Source: Promethearchaeota archaeon
Lineage (GTDB): Archaea > Asgardarchaeota > Lokiarchaeia > Sigyniarchaeales > SOKP01
DNA: 64,000 nucleotides
Direction: 5' to 3'
Assembly: GCA_019894975.1 (NCBI GenBank)
Contig: JAGXNO010000003.1
Location: forward strand, 64,001-128,000
Below the pieces are notes generated by a model, which made no database searches, was not told the origin of the DNA, and saw only the letters and a list, made by a program, of their open reading frames with translations. Made by a program: the position numbers and the translations under genes. Positions 30,606 through 39,567 of this stretch are shown here, piece by piece (the stretch's first letter is position 1; every line of letters begins with the position of its first letter).

Positions 30606-32114
30606 TTACTCTTTCTGTAAAATAATTGGTTTACAATTTTTTCTCTTAATACCAGCAATCCTTTCGAGTAAGGGTTGTCCTGGTTTGACATCTTTCAAAC
30701 TTTTTGATTCAATTAATCCTGCTTTAACTGCTTCTTTATAGATTTTTTCACCTTTTTTATTTCTTGTAATGACTGAAGACCACCCGCTGGGAGATCCAAT
30801 TGATCCAACAGAAATATCAGCATAATCAGCAGTTAGGTCTTCACAATAATGACAATTGTGACGAGCGTAGGATTTAACATCGTTCAAGGGAACGTTTAGA
30901 TCTTCACCTGAATCTAGATAAATAATGAATTTACCCCCACTTATGTCCATTTTTGTTACTTTTTGAAAATCTGTTTCAAATTGTTCTTTAATTAAGCTTA
31001 GGACGCCTTCATAAGGAAATGATTCCATACAAAAGAGCCCTATTCTATATTTTATATTTTTGAAAAAAGGTAACCCGCTTGGAAATAAGCTACCCTTTTC
31101 CAAGGCGTTCATCATACAAGGAACACCTACAACTGCGATGTTATCAAACTTTTTTGTACCATCTATAATACTTAAAGTTGAGGCATTAGCGTATTTAGTA
31201 CCACTTGTTTTATATAAATCCTTGACATCTTCTATTATTACTGGTTCTGGCTTCCATAGTTCTTCTGAATGTTTTACTGCTACAATTGCATCAACTAATT
31301 TATTCTCGAGTAAATACTCAAGTAGAGATGTAACGATACCCCCATCTTGTCGTACTTTTTTAATATCATCCTTGGTGGTGCTGGCTGAATATGCGTTAAC
31401 ATAGCCATTAATATTTTCTGAAAACTTCAAGGATTTCTCAATTTTGCTTATACTTTTACCCGCTTGCTCAATTGAAAATGATCTTGGGCAAACAGAATAA
31501 CATAAGCCACATTTCATGCATGTCGCATCGTCGATCTCCAAAGTGTCTGCTGTCACTGTAATGGCATTTACTGGACAAATTGATGAGCACCAACCACATT
31601 GACAACATACTTCAGAATCAAACACAATGGAAACAGGTTCAAAAAACCGTTCGATAAAACCATCAGGTAGATCTTTAACCTGGTATCGGTAGAAATATTC
31701 TTTTTCTTCGACTTCTTTTTCTTCTCCCTTTATTTTCTTAATAACAGTTTTAGTTTTTATTTCAATATGTTCTTCTATATATCCTTGTTCTTTCAGATAA
31801 ATTACATCGCGAATTACATTTTCAGGAGGAAAATCTTTTATAATTTTAGCAATTTCTTCTAAAAATAACGGTTCTTTACCTTTTAAAGATTCTAAAACTA
31901 ACTTACGCTCTGTTTCAGCATCGATCATAGCATCTAGGAATTCATAAAATTCTTCTTCAGAATATTTACCAGTTTCTAAAATTTCACCTTTAGCTTCGAA
32001 AAAAGCCCTAATCTGAAAATTCTCGACTGCTTTATAGGTGGCATCCATTAAATTTCTTGGAGAGATTCCATTGAAATTTAGATTTTTTGAGATTTGAACC
32101 ATATTTCCAACCAT
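30606..32114 (-). CDS. FrhB/FdhB-family subunit with N-terminal extension and ferredoxin
   Basis: CCQCGWCSSICP, CMKCGLCYSVCP, QDGGIVT, SGTKY, VGVPC, GLFCME, CHYCED, ADISVG; start may be 32102. Confidence 0.87.
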   Translation of the reverse strand: MVGNMVQISKNLNFNGISPRNLMDATYKAVENFQIRAFFEAKGEILETGKYSEEEFYEFLDAMIDAETERKLVLESLKGKEPLFLEEIAKIIKDFPPENVIRDVIYLKEQGYIEEHIEIKTKTVIKKIKGEEKEVEEKEYFYRYQVKDLPDGFIERFFEPVSIVFDSEVCCQCGWCSSICPVNAITVTADTLEIDDATCMKCGLCYSVCPRSFSIEQAGKSISKIEKSLKFSENINGYVNAYSASTTKDDIKKVRQDGGIVTSLLEYLLENKLVDAIVAVKHSEELWKPEPVIIEDVKDLYKTSGTKYANASTLSIIDGTKKFDNIAVVGVPCMMNALEKGSLFPSGLPFFKNIKYRIGLFCMESFPYEGVLSLIKEQFETDFQKVTKMDISGGKFIIYLDSGEDLNVPLNDVKSYARHNCHYCEDLTADYADISVGSIGSPSGWSSVITRNKKGEKIYKEAVKAGLIESKSLKDVKPGQPLLERIAGIKRKNCKPIILQKE

Positions 32115-32166
32115 TTGGATTAAAATTTATTAAAAAACTTATACTTAAATTGAATACTATTTTAAA

Positions 32167-32234
32167 ACCCCTTCCCTCGCAAGGTAAGTCATCTTATAAC
32201 TAACATTTTTTTATAAGATTCATTCTGCAGGGGT
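32167..32234 (-). promoter_or_regulatory. Eukaryote-type SECIS element (selenocysteine insertion hairpin)
   Basis: RNA ACCCCUGCAGA-AUGAA-UCUUAUAA-AAAAAUGUUAG-UUAUAAGA-UGAC-UUACCUUGCGAGGGAAGGGGU. It has an AUGA/GA core, a perfect 8-bp upper stem, an A-rich apical loop and a lower CCCUGCAG/UUGCGAGGG helix, and lies directly 3' of two TGA-interrupted genes. Confidence 0.8.
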
Positions 32235-32693
32235 AATTATAACTTGTTTTGTTTCTTCAGTTTCCACTTCTGAATCATGATCTATTAAATTAAGCGGACT
32301 TGGTCCGAAGGTTTTTACCTTTTCTATAGTATCTTCCACACTTTTTACAAATTTTTCTGCTTCTGCTCCACTTAACCAATACATATTAACCCTTTGATTA
32401 CCGAAACCCCGAGATTCTAAAATCCTGTTTGCTAATTCAACATGTCTTTGAGCCGTGAAATTGCCGTTCTTAAACTGGCATTCATTAGGGCGTCAACCTA
32501 CAATCATGACACCATCCGCTCCAGATTTCATACTGTAAAGTATGTGTTTCAAATCTACTCTCCCTGTACAACGCACTTTAATAATTTTTATAGATGAAGA
32601 ATATTTCAGTCGAGAAACTCCTGCTAGATCAGCAGCACTGTAACCTCATTTTAAACATGCAAATGCAACAATCTTATAATTATAATTATTCAT
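32220..32693 (-). CDS. mvhD: Selenocysteine-containing MvhD/VhuD (157 aa; U16, U67); absent from the ORF track
   Basis: Manual translation MNNYNYKIVAFACLK-U-GYSAADLAGVSR...RCTGRVD...GADGVMIVG-U-RPNECQF...WLSGAEAEKF. TGA at 32646-32648 and 32493-32495 align to Cys of the Cys paralogues (CNWC, GCH). Confidence 0.92.
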
Positions 32694-32696
32694 TGT

Positions 32697-34643
32697 TTAA
32701 TCCCCTCCTAACAGTCCATCAATCTCAGCAAATAATTGATGATCTCGATAATATCTTATATCAATGGCCTGAGTAGGACAGCAAGTTGCACAAATACCGC
32801 ATCCATCACAATTTATCTCATCAATATATGCTCCAATTTCTTCATCAATCTTAATAGCGTTTTTAGGGCATTCCTTTTCACATCGTCTGCAGGAAATGCA
32901 AAATTCGCTATCAACTTCAGCAGTAATTAATTCAATATCAATTTCTCCTGGAGATGTTAGTTCAGCAACTTTACTAGCAGCAGCTCTAGATTGTGAAACG
33001 GAATAAGCAATATTTTTTGGCCCTTGAGCAAATCCAGCTATAAAAATGCCTTTTGACTTAGTCTCTTGCGGCATTAATCCGAAATGTGATTCTGTAAGAA
33101 AGCCGTATTTGTTAGTATCAAGCTTTAAAACGTCTACGATTTGTTGAGTGCCTTTTGAAGGAAGTGCTGCCGTGGATAAGACAACTAAATCAGCATCAAT
33201 TTTGACAATCTTATCAGTTAATGATGAATATAATCGAACTTTCACGTTTTTAGTTTCAGGATCTTCTGAGATTTCACCAACTTTTCCCCGAATCATCCTA
33301 ATACCTTTATCTTTCGCACGTTCATAATACTCCTCAAAACCTTTTTCTGGAGTCCTTATATCGATATAACAAATTGTAATCCTCGCATCAGGAAATTCTT
33401 CTAGAAGCAATCTCCCATTCTTTAGAGCAAGCATACAACAGACACCACTACAATAGGTTCTTTCTGTTTCTCTACTGCCCACACATTGAATGAACACAAT
33501 TTCCTTAGGTTCCTTATTATCTGAAATTCGATGCACATGACCTTCAAGTGGTCCATTTGGAGCTAACATCCGTTCTAATTGAACCTGGGTTATCACATTT
33601 TCAATCTCTCCATAACCATATTCACCAAAAGGTTCATGTATATCCCAACCAGTTGCAATTATGACTGTACCCACTTCAACATTAACTTCCACTGGCTCCT
33701 GACTAAAATCAATTGCATCCAATTCGCACGCATCAACGCATGAAAAGCATTCTACACAAGCTTCTCTATCAATATCATATAAAAATGGGACTGCTTGACC
33801 GAATGGAATGTCTATTGCTCTTCGTGCTCCCAGATTTTCATCAAAATAATTTTGCGTGTAAACAGGACAAACTTCAGCACAGGCCCCACACCCATTACAT
33901 TCATCTGTCGTATATCGTGGTTTCTTTACAATTGTTGCGATATAATTACCAACATATCCTTCGATCTTTTTTACTTCACAATAGCTCATTAATTCGATGT
34001 TTTCGTTTCTATTAACTTCTAACATTTTAGGCCCGCAAATTCATATTGCACAGTCATCTGTAGGAAAAGTTCTATCCAATTGAGCCATCCTTCCTCCTAT
34101 TGTAGTCTTTTGTTCTACAAGATAAACTTTGATACCTTGATTGGCGAGATCTAAAGCCGCATTCATACCACCAATCCCTCCTCCAACTACTAAAGTAGCT
34201 TTAGTAACAGGGACTGTTTTAATAGGGACGGGCTCTAATCGTTTAACTCGTTCAACACCGCCTTTTACCAATTGTTTAGCTTTTTGTGTAGCTTCTTCTT
34301 TGCTATCTGTACACCAAGAACAATGTTCTCGAACGTTTACCATTTGAAAATAATAAGGGTTTAAATCTGTTTTAGCAATTGTACCCCTATAAATTACTTC
34401 GTGCGTTCGGGGAGTTCAAGCTGATGCTACGATTCTGTTTAGATTTTTTTCTTTGATATCTTCAATTATTTCATTTTGGGCATTGTCGGTTCAAAGAAAT
34501 GCATTCTTTTTTGATATTATAATTTCTTCAGGAAATTCGTTTTTAACATACTCTACTAGCTCATCACAATTAACTTTACTTTTTATATTTATACCTCACT
34601 GACATGCATAGTATCCAATCCGATGATTTGTATTTTTATTCAT
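32697..34643 (-). CDS. hdrA: Selenocysteine-containing HdrA (648 aa; U16, U51, U76, U201); split into fragments in the ORF track
   Basis: One frame from ATG 34643 to TAA 32697, with TGA at 34596-98 (CQUG), 34491-93 (FLUT), 34416-18 (ASAUTPRTHE) and 34041-43 (DDCAIUICGPKM). Each matches a conserved Cys in the three Cys-type HdrA paralogues. Confidence 0.92.
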
Positions 34644-35098
34644 TTCTTTTTACACATCCACCTCGTGTTATTTATACAAGATTGTATAATAGAATATAAT
34701 TTTCTGAATTTACTAATTCTTTTCTTAGGTTTTATTCTTTTTTAAACTTTTTTAATCTTTCTGTTTATCGATATAAACAGTTTTTAGATTTTGAATAATT
34801 GTAATATTTCATTTCAAATCAATCTGATACTTTTTGAAAGTTTTATGATGGAGAATAAAAAGAGATTAGGGTTTCATGATCGTTTTCATACATTTTTATT
34901 CAGATTAGTAATTTTAATTCATTCTAATATTCTGATTCTTACTATTCAGCTGTCAAAATTGTTATTCATAATAAAAGATTAGAGAGAAATTAGTTTTAAG
35001 CAAATTCTTTTTAGGAAAAGAGAAATCAATAGCGATGTTTATATTCTATGCGAAATAATTGCATTTAAGTAATTAGAGATTTAGAATATAGTGAAAAC

Positions 35099-36433
35099 AT
35101 GACAAAGATCCATACTAAGATAAATCTCATTGTTTTAATAGGGATTGCTTTTTTTATTACTTTTGGTTTAAATGCTTTGAAATCCACGCCCACATCTCCG
35201 AATTCTACTGCTATAGGTTCAAACATGAGAATTGCGGCAGCGCAAGTTAATTATACATCGGATTTCATAAACACTTGGGGTGGTATTGATAGTGATACCG
35301 GATGGGATATTGCGTTAGATGACTCCGGAAATATCTACATCTCGGGATCTACTGAAAGCTTTGGTGCGGGTAAGGATGATGCTTTTATAGCTAAATTTGA
35401 CAGTTCAGGAAATTCTATTTTGAACATTACATGGGGCGGTAGTGGTATTGATGCTGGTACAGGTATAGTGTTAGATGACTCCGGAAATATCTATATTACG
35501 GGAGCTACAAATAGCTCTGGCACGGGTAACTTCGATGCTTTCATTGCTAAATTTAACAGCACAGGACATTCCTTATTGAATATTACATGGGGTGGCAACG
35601 ATGCTGATGGGGGATATGATATTTTACTGGATGATTCCGGAAACATCTTCATAACTGGTTATACTGAAAGCTTTGGTGCAGGTGATAATGACGCTTTTAT
35701 TGCTAAATTTAACAGTACAGGACATTCCTTACTGAATGTTACCTGGGGTGGCAGTGATAGTGATGATGGATATAGTATTGCATTAGATGCCTTAGGAAAT
35801 ATTTATATTGCAGGTAGCACCTGGAGTTTCGGAATAGATGCTTTTATTGCAAAATTTAACAGTTCAGGGCATTCCTTGCTGAACATCACTTGGAGTGGCG
35901 GTGATGCTCAATTTGGATGGGATATGGCGTTAGATGGGTCCGGTAATATCTATATTACAGGATATGTTTATGGATTTGGGAATTTGGCTCAAGCTTTCAT
36001 TGTTAAATTTAATAATACAGGGCATTTAAAAATGGAAATCATTTGGGGTGGCAATAATTATGATGTAGGATTTGGTATTGCATTAGATGGGTCCGGAAAT
36101 ATCTACATAACCGGAACAACTGATAGTTTTGGCGCAGGTGGCTATGATCTTTTCATTGCCAAATTTAACAGTACGGGGCATTCTTTACTGAATACTACCT
36201 TGGGTGGTATTGATGATGATTGGGGAAAAGGTATTGCATTAGATAATTATGGTAATATTTTCATCACAGGATATACTGAAAGCTTTGGTGCAGGATCTCA
36301 TGATACAATAATTGCAAAATATAGGCAGATTAGTGATAATGATTCAGGATCCATCCCAGGATATGATTTACTTTTTCTCATTGGATTCTTAGGGTTATCC
36401 TTAGTACTCCTTACCAAAAAATATATCAAATAA
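35099..36433 (+). CDS. Secreted seven-bladed beta-propeller (SBBP-repeat) surface protein with Loki-CTERM anchor
   Basis: N-terminal signal/TM; seven ~52-aa repeats (WGG..D.G..IALD.SGNIYITG.T.SFGAG..DAFIAKF); C-terminal IPGY + TM + basic tail. Confidence 0.85.
   Translation: MTKIHTKINLIVLIGIAFFITFGLNALKSTPTSPNSTAIGSNMRIAAAQVNYTSDFINTWGGIDSDTGWDIALDDSGNIYISGSTESFGAGKDDAFIAKFDSSGNSILNITWGGSGIDAGTGIVLDDSGNIYITGATNSSGTGNFDAFIAKFNSTGHSLLNITWGGNDADGGYDILLDDSGNIFITGYTESFGAGDNDAFIAKFNSTGHSLLNVTWGGSDSDDGYSIALDALGNIYIAGSTWSFGIDAFIAKFNSSGHSLLNITWSGGDAQFGWDMALDGSGNIYITGYVYGFGNLAQAFIVKFNNTGHLKMEIIWGGNNYDVGFGIALDGSGNIYITGTTDSFGAGGYDLFIAKFNSTGHSLLNTTLGGIDDDWGKGIALDNYGNIFITGYTESFGAGSHDTIIAKYRQISDNDSGSIPGYDLLFLIGFLGLSLVLLTKKYIK
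35272..36322 (+). repeat. Intragenic ~156-nt tandem repeats encoding propeller blades
   Basis: ttagatgactccggaaatatcta at 35315 and 35471; recurring gctaaatttaacag and gaaagctttggtgc. Confidence 0.75.
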
Positions 36434-36635
36434 TATTTTTTTCTTTTCATTTTTTTCAAATTATTTTAGCATTTAGATACTAAAAGACAGGTAGAAATAG
36501 GATTAAAGTCTGAGTATTCTAAGAAGAAATTAAAAAAATACCTATATTGATAATATTAAATTTTTAAATAGGAATCCGACAATACTCTTATATAAGAAAT
36601 ATTTACTGAATAATATAGTTTAAAGATGTGAGAAT

Positions 36636-37445
36636 ATGACAGATGGAATCTTTATAATACGAGGTGGTTTTTTTGGGTGGGAATTTACAATTAAACTCCT
36701 TTATGTTATATTAGGACTTATCCTTTGCATTTATGACTGGAAGAAGAATAAAAGAAAAGATTATTTCTGGGTGTTACTATTTGGTACATTTTTGTACCTT
36801 GGATCTGAAATAATGCTCTTTTCTTTTGGAGGTCGAGTTATGCAGGAACAGCTTTTATTTGGTATGGATATCAGTTCCATACCCGGGTTATGGATTCCCC
36901 TACTAGCTGTGGGAGATGTTGTAGTGCTAGCAGTGATCGCTTTGTTTTTCGCAGATAGAATAAGAGTCTCTGAAACACGAAAAAAGTGGGGAATTGTTTT
37001 CATAGTATGGGTATTTTTTAGAGATGTATTACCCTATTTAATCCTTTTTGGATTGGGAGACAATTTTGACACTGTTTCTGTGGGAGACCCTCTTATTTAT
37101 TCTAGAAGAAATATGATAGAAATAGGTACTCTAATAGCTTTATCAACTATGATCGCTATTGGTATAATCTGGCTCGTTAAAACAGATAAGAAATCAAGAA
37201 AGCGAGGATTATATATGATTGGTATAATGCTTATTCTGATGATAGTATGGAGTCTCGGAGAATGGTTCTCTGGTCAAAGATGGATCGAAATTGGGCCGGA
37301 GGAAGGTCCTTGGACTCTTGCGCCCCCTCTTCTAGGGTTTATGATGTTCCTGTATGATATTATCATCGAAATGGGACTTTTTACGGTGTGTTTTCTAGCA
37401 TTTCCCTATTTATTAAAATTGATAAAATCCGATAACCAAGATTAA
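36636..37445 (+). CDS. Hypothetical multi-pass membrane protein
   Basis: About 7 hydrophobic segments; no recognised motif. Confidence 0.6.
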   Translation: MTDGIFIIRGGFFGWEFTIKLLYVILGLILCIYDWKKNKRKDYFWVLLFGTFLYLGSEIMLFSFGGRVMQEQLLFGMDISSIPGLWIPLLAVGDVVVLAVIALFFADRIRVSETRKKWGIVFIVWVFFRDVLPYLILFGLGDNFDTVSVGDPLIYSRRNMIEIGTLIALSTMIAIGIIWLVKTDKKSRKRGLYMIGIMLILMIVWSLGEWFSGQRWIEIGPEEGPWTLAPPLLGFMMFLYDIIIEMGLFTVCFLAFPYLLKLIKSDNQD

Positions 37446-37476
37446 TTCTCTTTTTTTTTAATTTTAGAATTAGCCT

Positions 37477-38457
37477 TTAACTGTGAGAATTTAGGGTACT
37501 ACGATATTCTTTATAATAAAGTGATTTGTATAAAAGAAATTTCCTCACAATTGGTCTAAACATTGCTGTAAATAAATGTGAAAATGCGACTTTTTTTCGT
37601 ACTTCATTAAAATAATCATCAAGCGTATGTCTTTGGTACTGTAATAGAGCTTGACTTTTATCTGTAGTCAAGTATCCACAGTGAAATCCCTTTGTGCTGA
37701 ATGCTTCTGGAGGTAAAGGGCTCCTTCCTATCCCGAAAATATCAAACATCTCATTAAGATAATCTTTATAAGAAATACGACATCTTTCGCCACCAGCGAT
37801 ATGTAATGTCTCACCCCATATATCCCTATTTTCTACAGCATTTGCAAGAGCTAGACCAACATCTTTTGTATCACAAATTTCAATGCAAGTGTTTAACGGC
37901 ATTTCAAACATAAGTGGATCTAATTGAAGTTTATTGATAGATACAATATAAGTCAAACGGCAAATTACCCATTTTAATCCTGAATTCCTAACAAGTTCTT
38001 CACATTTTACCTTTTGTTTGGCATATTCATCATCGTCATTTGGATTAAGTGGGTCAATAGGTCGAATTAAAGGATTTTCAGTTCTATCACCATAAATAGC
38101 TACCGATGAGGTGAATATGAGCTTTGGTTTTTGTGGTTGTTTTTCCATTGCTTCAATAACATTCAAGGTTCCTCCAACGTTAACTGCTTCAGCAAATTTA
38201 GGTTTTCTATCAGCAAGAGGAGGAATTATCGCAGCTACATGAATTATGACGTCGCAACCAGTAACGGCTAATTCTACATCTTTTGGATTTCTCAAATCTC
38301 CCCAGAATATTTCTGCCTGATTCTTAAATTTGCGTGCTAGATGACGATTTCTTTTATTCTTTATCTCAAAAATCCTTACGTCATAATTTCTTCTTAGCAA
38401 TTCTTTCAATGTGCTTAGGCCTACATTGCCAAATGCTCCCGTTAATAATATTCTCAT
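37477..38457 (-). CDS. NAD-dependent epimerase/dehydratase (extended SDR)
   Basis: TGAFGNVG, HVAA, SSVAIYG and YAKQK (YxxxK) motifs. Confidence 0.9.
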   Translation of the reverse strand: MRILLTGAFGNVGLSTLKELLRRNYDVRIFEIKNKRNRHLARKFKNQAEIFWGDLRNPKDVELAVTGCDVIIHVAAIIPPLADRKPKFAEAVNVGGTLNVIEAMEKQPQKPKLIFTSSVAIYGDRTENPLIRPIDPLNPNDDDEYAKQKVKCEELVRNSGLKWVICRLTYIVSINKLQLDPLMFEMPLNTCIEICDTKDVGLALANAVENRDIWGETLHIAGGERCRISYKDYLNEMFDIFGIGRSPLPPEAFSTKGFHCGYLTTDKSQALLQYQRHTLDDYFNEVRKKVAFSHLFTAMFRPIVRKFLLYKSLYYKEYRSTLNSHS

Positions 38458-38726
38458 AATATTCTCACTTTTGATATATCACTTCTGGATATATCATTCT
38501 TAAATATATAAAGAAAAATCATATATATAAATCTTGGGGAAAACATAATACTATGATTAAAAATTGCATCTATTGGAATATATATAAATATATATGCAAA
38601 AATGATTTATAGAAATAAGATTAATTAGAATAAAATTAAGGGAGTATAATCATAACTTTTAAATATATAGTTTTATATTCTAGTGATAGAAAGTTAAAAA
38701 AATAACAAGGGTGAAAAAGCAAAAAA

Positions 38727-38831
38727 ATGACTACTAAAGGGATTTACGAGGTTGTATTAGGCATCATTGGAATGTCTGGTTTGGCTGCCCTATGTGTCGT
38801 TATGTTGTTGTTGCTTGGTCTTGTAGCTTAG
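38727..38831 (+). CDS. Putative 34-aa single-TM small protein (below the ORF-track cutoff)
   Basis: MTTKGIYEVVLGIIGMSGLAALCVVMLLLLGLVA*; GC-richer than its flanks; GGTGA at 38710-38714. Confidence 0.5.
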   Translation: MTTKGIYEVVLGIIGMSGLAALCVVMLLLLGLVA

Positions 38832-38854
38832 CAATAACTTAAACTTTATTCTTT

Positions 38855-39433
38855 TCAATCAGCTTTTAAACTTTCAATTCTTTGGTTAATTTCATTTACA
38901 ACATTTTGTAATTTACTGACAATTTTCGAAATAACTATTTTTCTTTTAGAGAGAATCTCAAGTTTTTCATTGACATCTTTACCAACTAAACTCGTATCCT
39001 CAATTAATTCAGGGCCAAACAAGCTTTCAAAATCATCTGGTATATTGGAATCAGTAATCCCGATTGTTGACATTATCATGGAAAGAAGTGATTTGCGCAT
39101 ATTTTGTTGCCGTTCGATAAGCTTTTTCAGAGTTTTTTTGCCTTTTTGCGTGATTTCATAAACTTTCCGTTCTCTTTTTCCCTCCATTTCAGAAGTAAAC
39201 TCAATTAAACCTTTTTTTGTTAGAGATGATAAATGTGGATATAAAGATGATGCAGTCGGATTCCAAACTCCATAAGTGTCATCCTTTATTATTTGCATTA
39301 AACTATACCCATGAGAAGGCCCTTTTTCCAAAGTTAATAGTATTAAAGTGCTAATATGGCCTTTTTTCATTGAGTTTTCAATTGCATCAGCAATTGCGTC
39401 GATTTTTTCTATTTCTTCTTGTTTTCCACTCAT
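38855..39433 (-). CDS. PadR-family transcriptional regulator
   Basis: ILLTLEKGPSHGYSL, SLYPHLSSL, RKVYEITQKG; ATG 39433 (MSGKQEE) preferred. Confidence 0.9.
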   Translation of the reverse strand: MSGKQEEIEKIDAIADAIENSMKKGHISTLILLTLEKGPSHGYSLMQIIKDDTYGVWNPTASSLYPHLSSLTKKGLIEFTSEMEGKRERKVYEITQKGKKTLKKLIERQQNMRKSLLSMIMSTIGITDSNIPDDFESLFGPELIEDTSLVGKDVNEKLEILSKRKIVISKIVSKLQNVVNEINQRIESLKAD

Positions 39434-39567
39434 ATCAATGCAACTATGCAAATTAAAGAGACAAAATGTCAAATATAGATATATCAAAATATGTAATATA
39501 TATTAAAAATATGTGTTTTCATAAAAACAAGAGAAAAAAGAGATTTTAGAGTGTGTGCTAGCTTTTT

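Noticed and set aside
30590-30691. N-terminal 34 aa of track ORF 29477..30691
   Set aside because: It overlaps the upstream frhB-like gene by 86 nt; family-like sequence begins at ATG 30589.
32211-32222. Third Sec at the C-terminus of MvhD (…PAE-U-IL*)
   Set aside because: No corresponding Cys in the paralogues, and the codon lies inside the SECIS core. Treated as a stop, though not formally excluded.
32220-34643. hdrA/mvhD as nonsense-mutated pseudogenes
   Set aside because: All six internal stops are TGA, all fall at conserved Cys positions, no frameshifts are present, and a SECIS-like hairpin follows.
14497-34643. Evidence of methanogenesis
   Set aside because: Hdr/Mvh/FrhB modules are widespread in non-methanogens, and no mcr or mtr genes are in the window.
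34791-34982. 63-aa ORF upstream of Sec-hdrA
   Set aside because: Low-complexity AT-rich intergenic sequence with no SD or motif; more likely a divergent promoter region.
35272-36322. Mobile or CRISPR-like DNA repeats
   Set aside because: The repeats are in-frame, degenerate at synonymous sites and encode beta-propeller blades.
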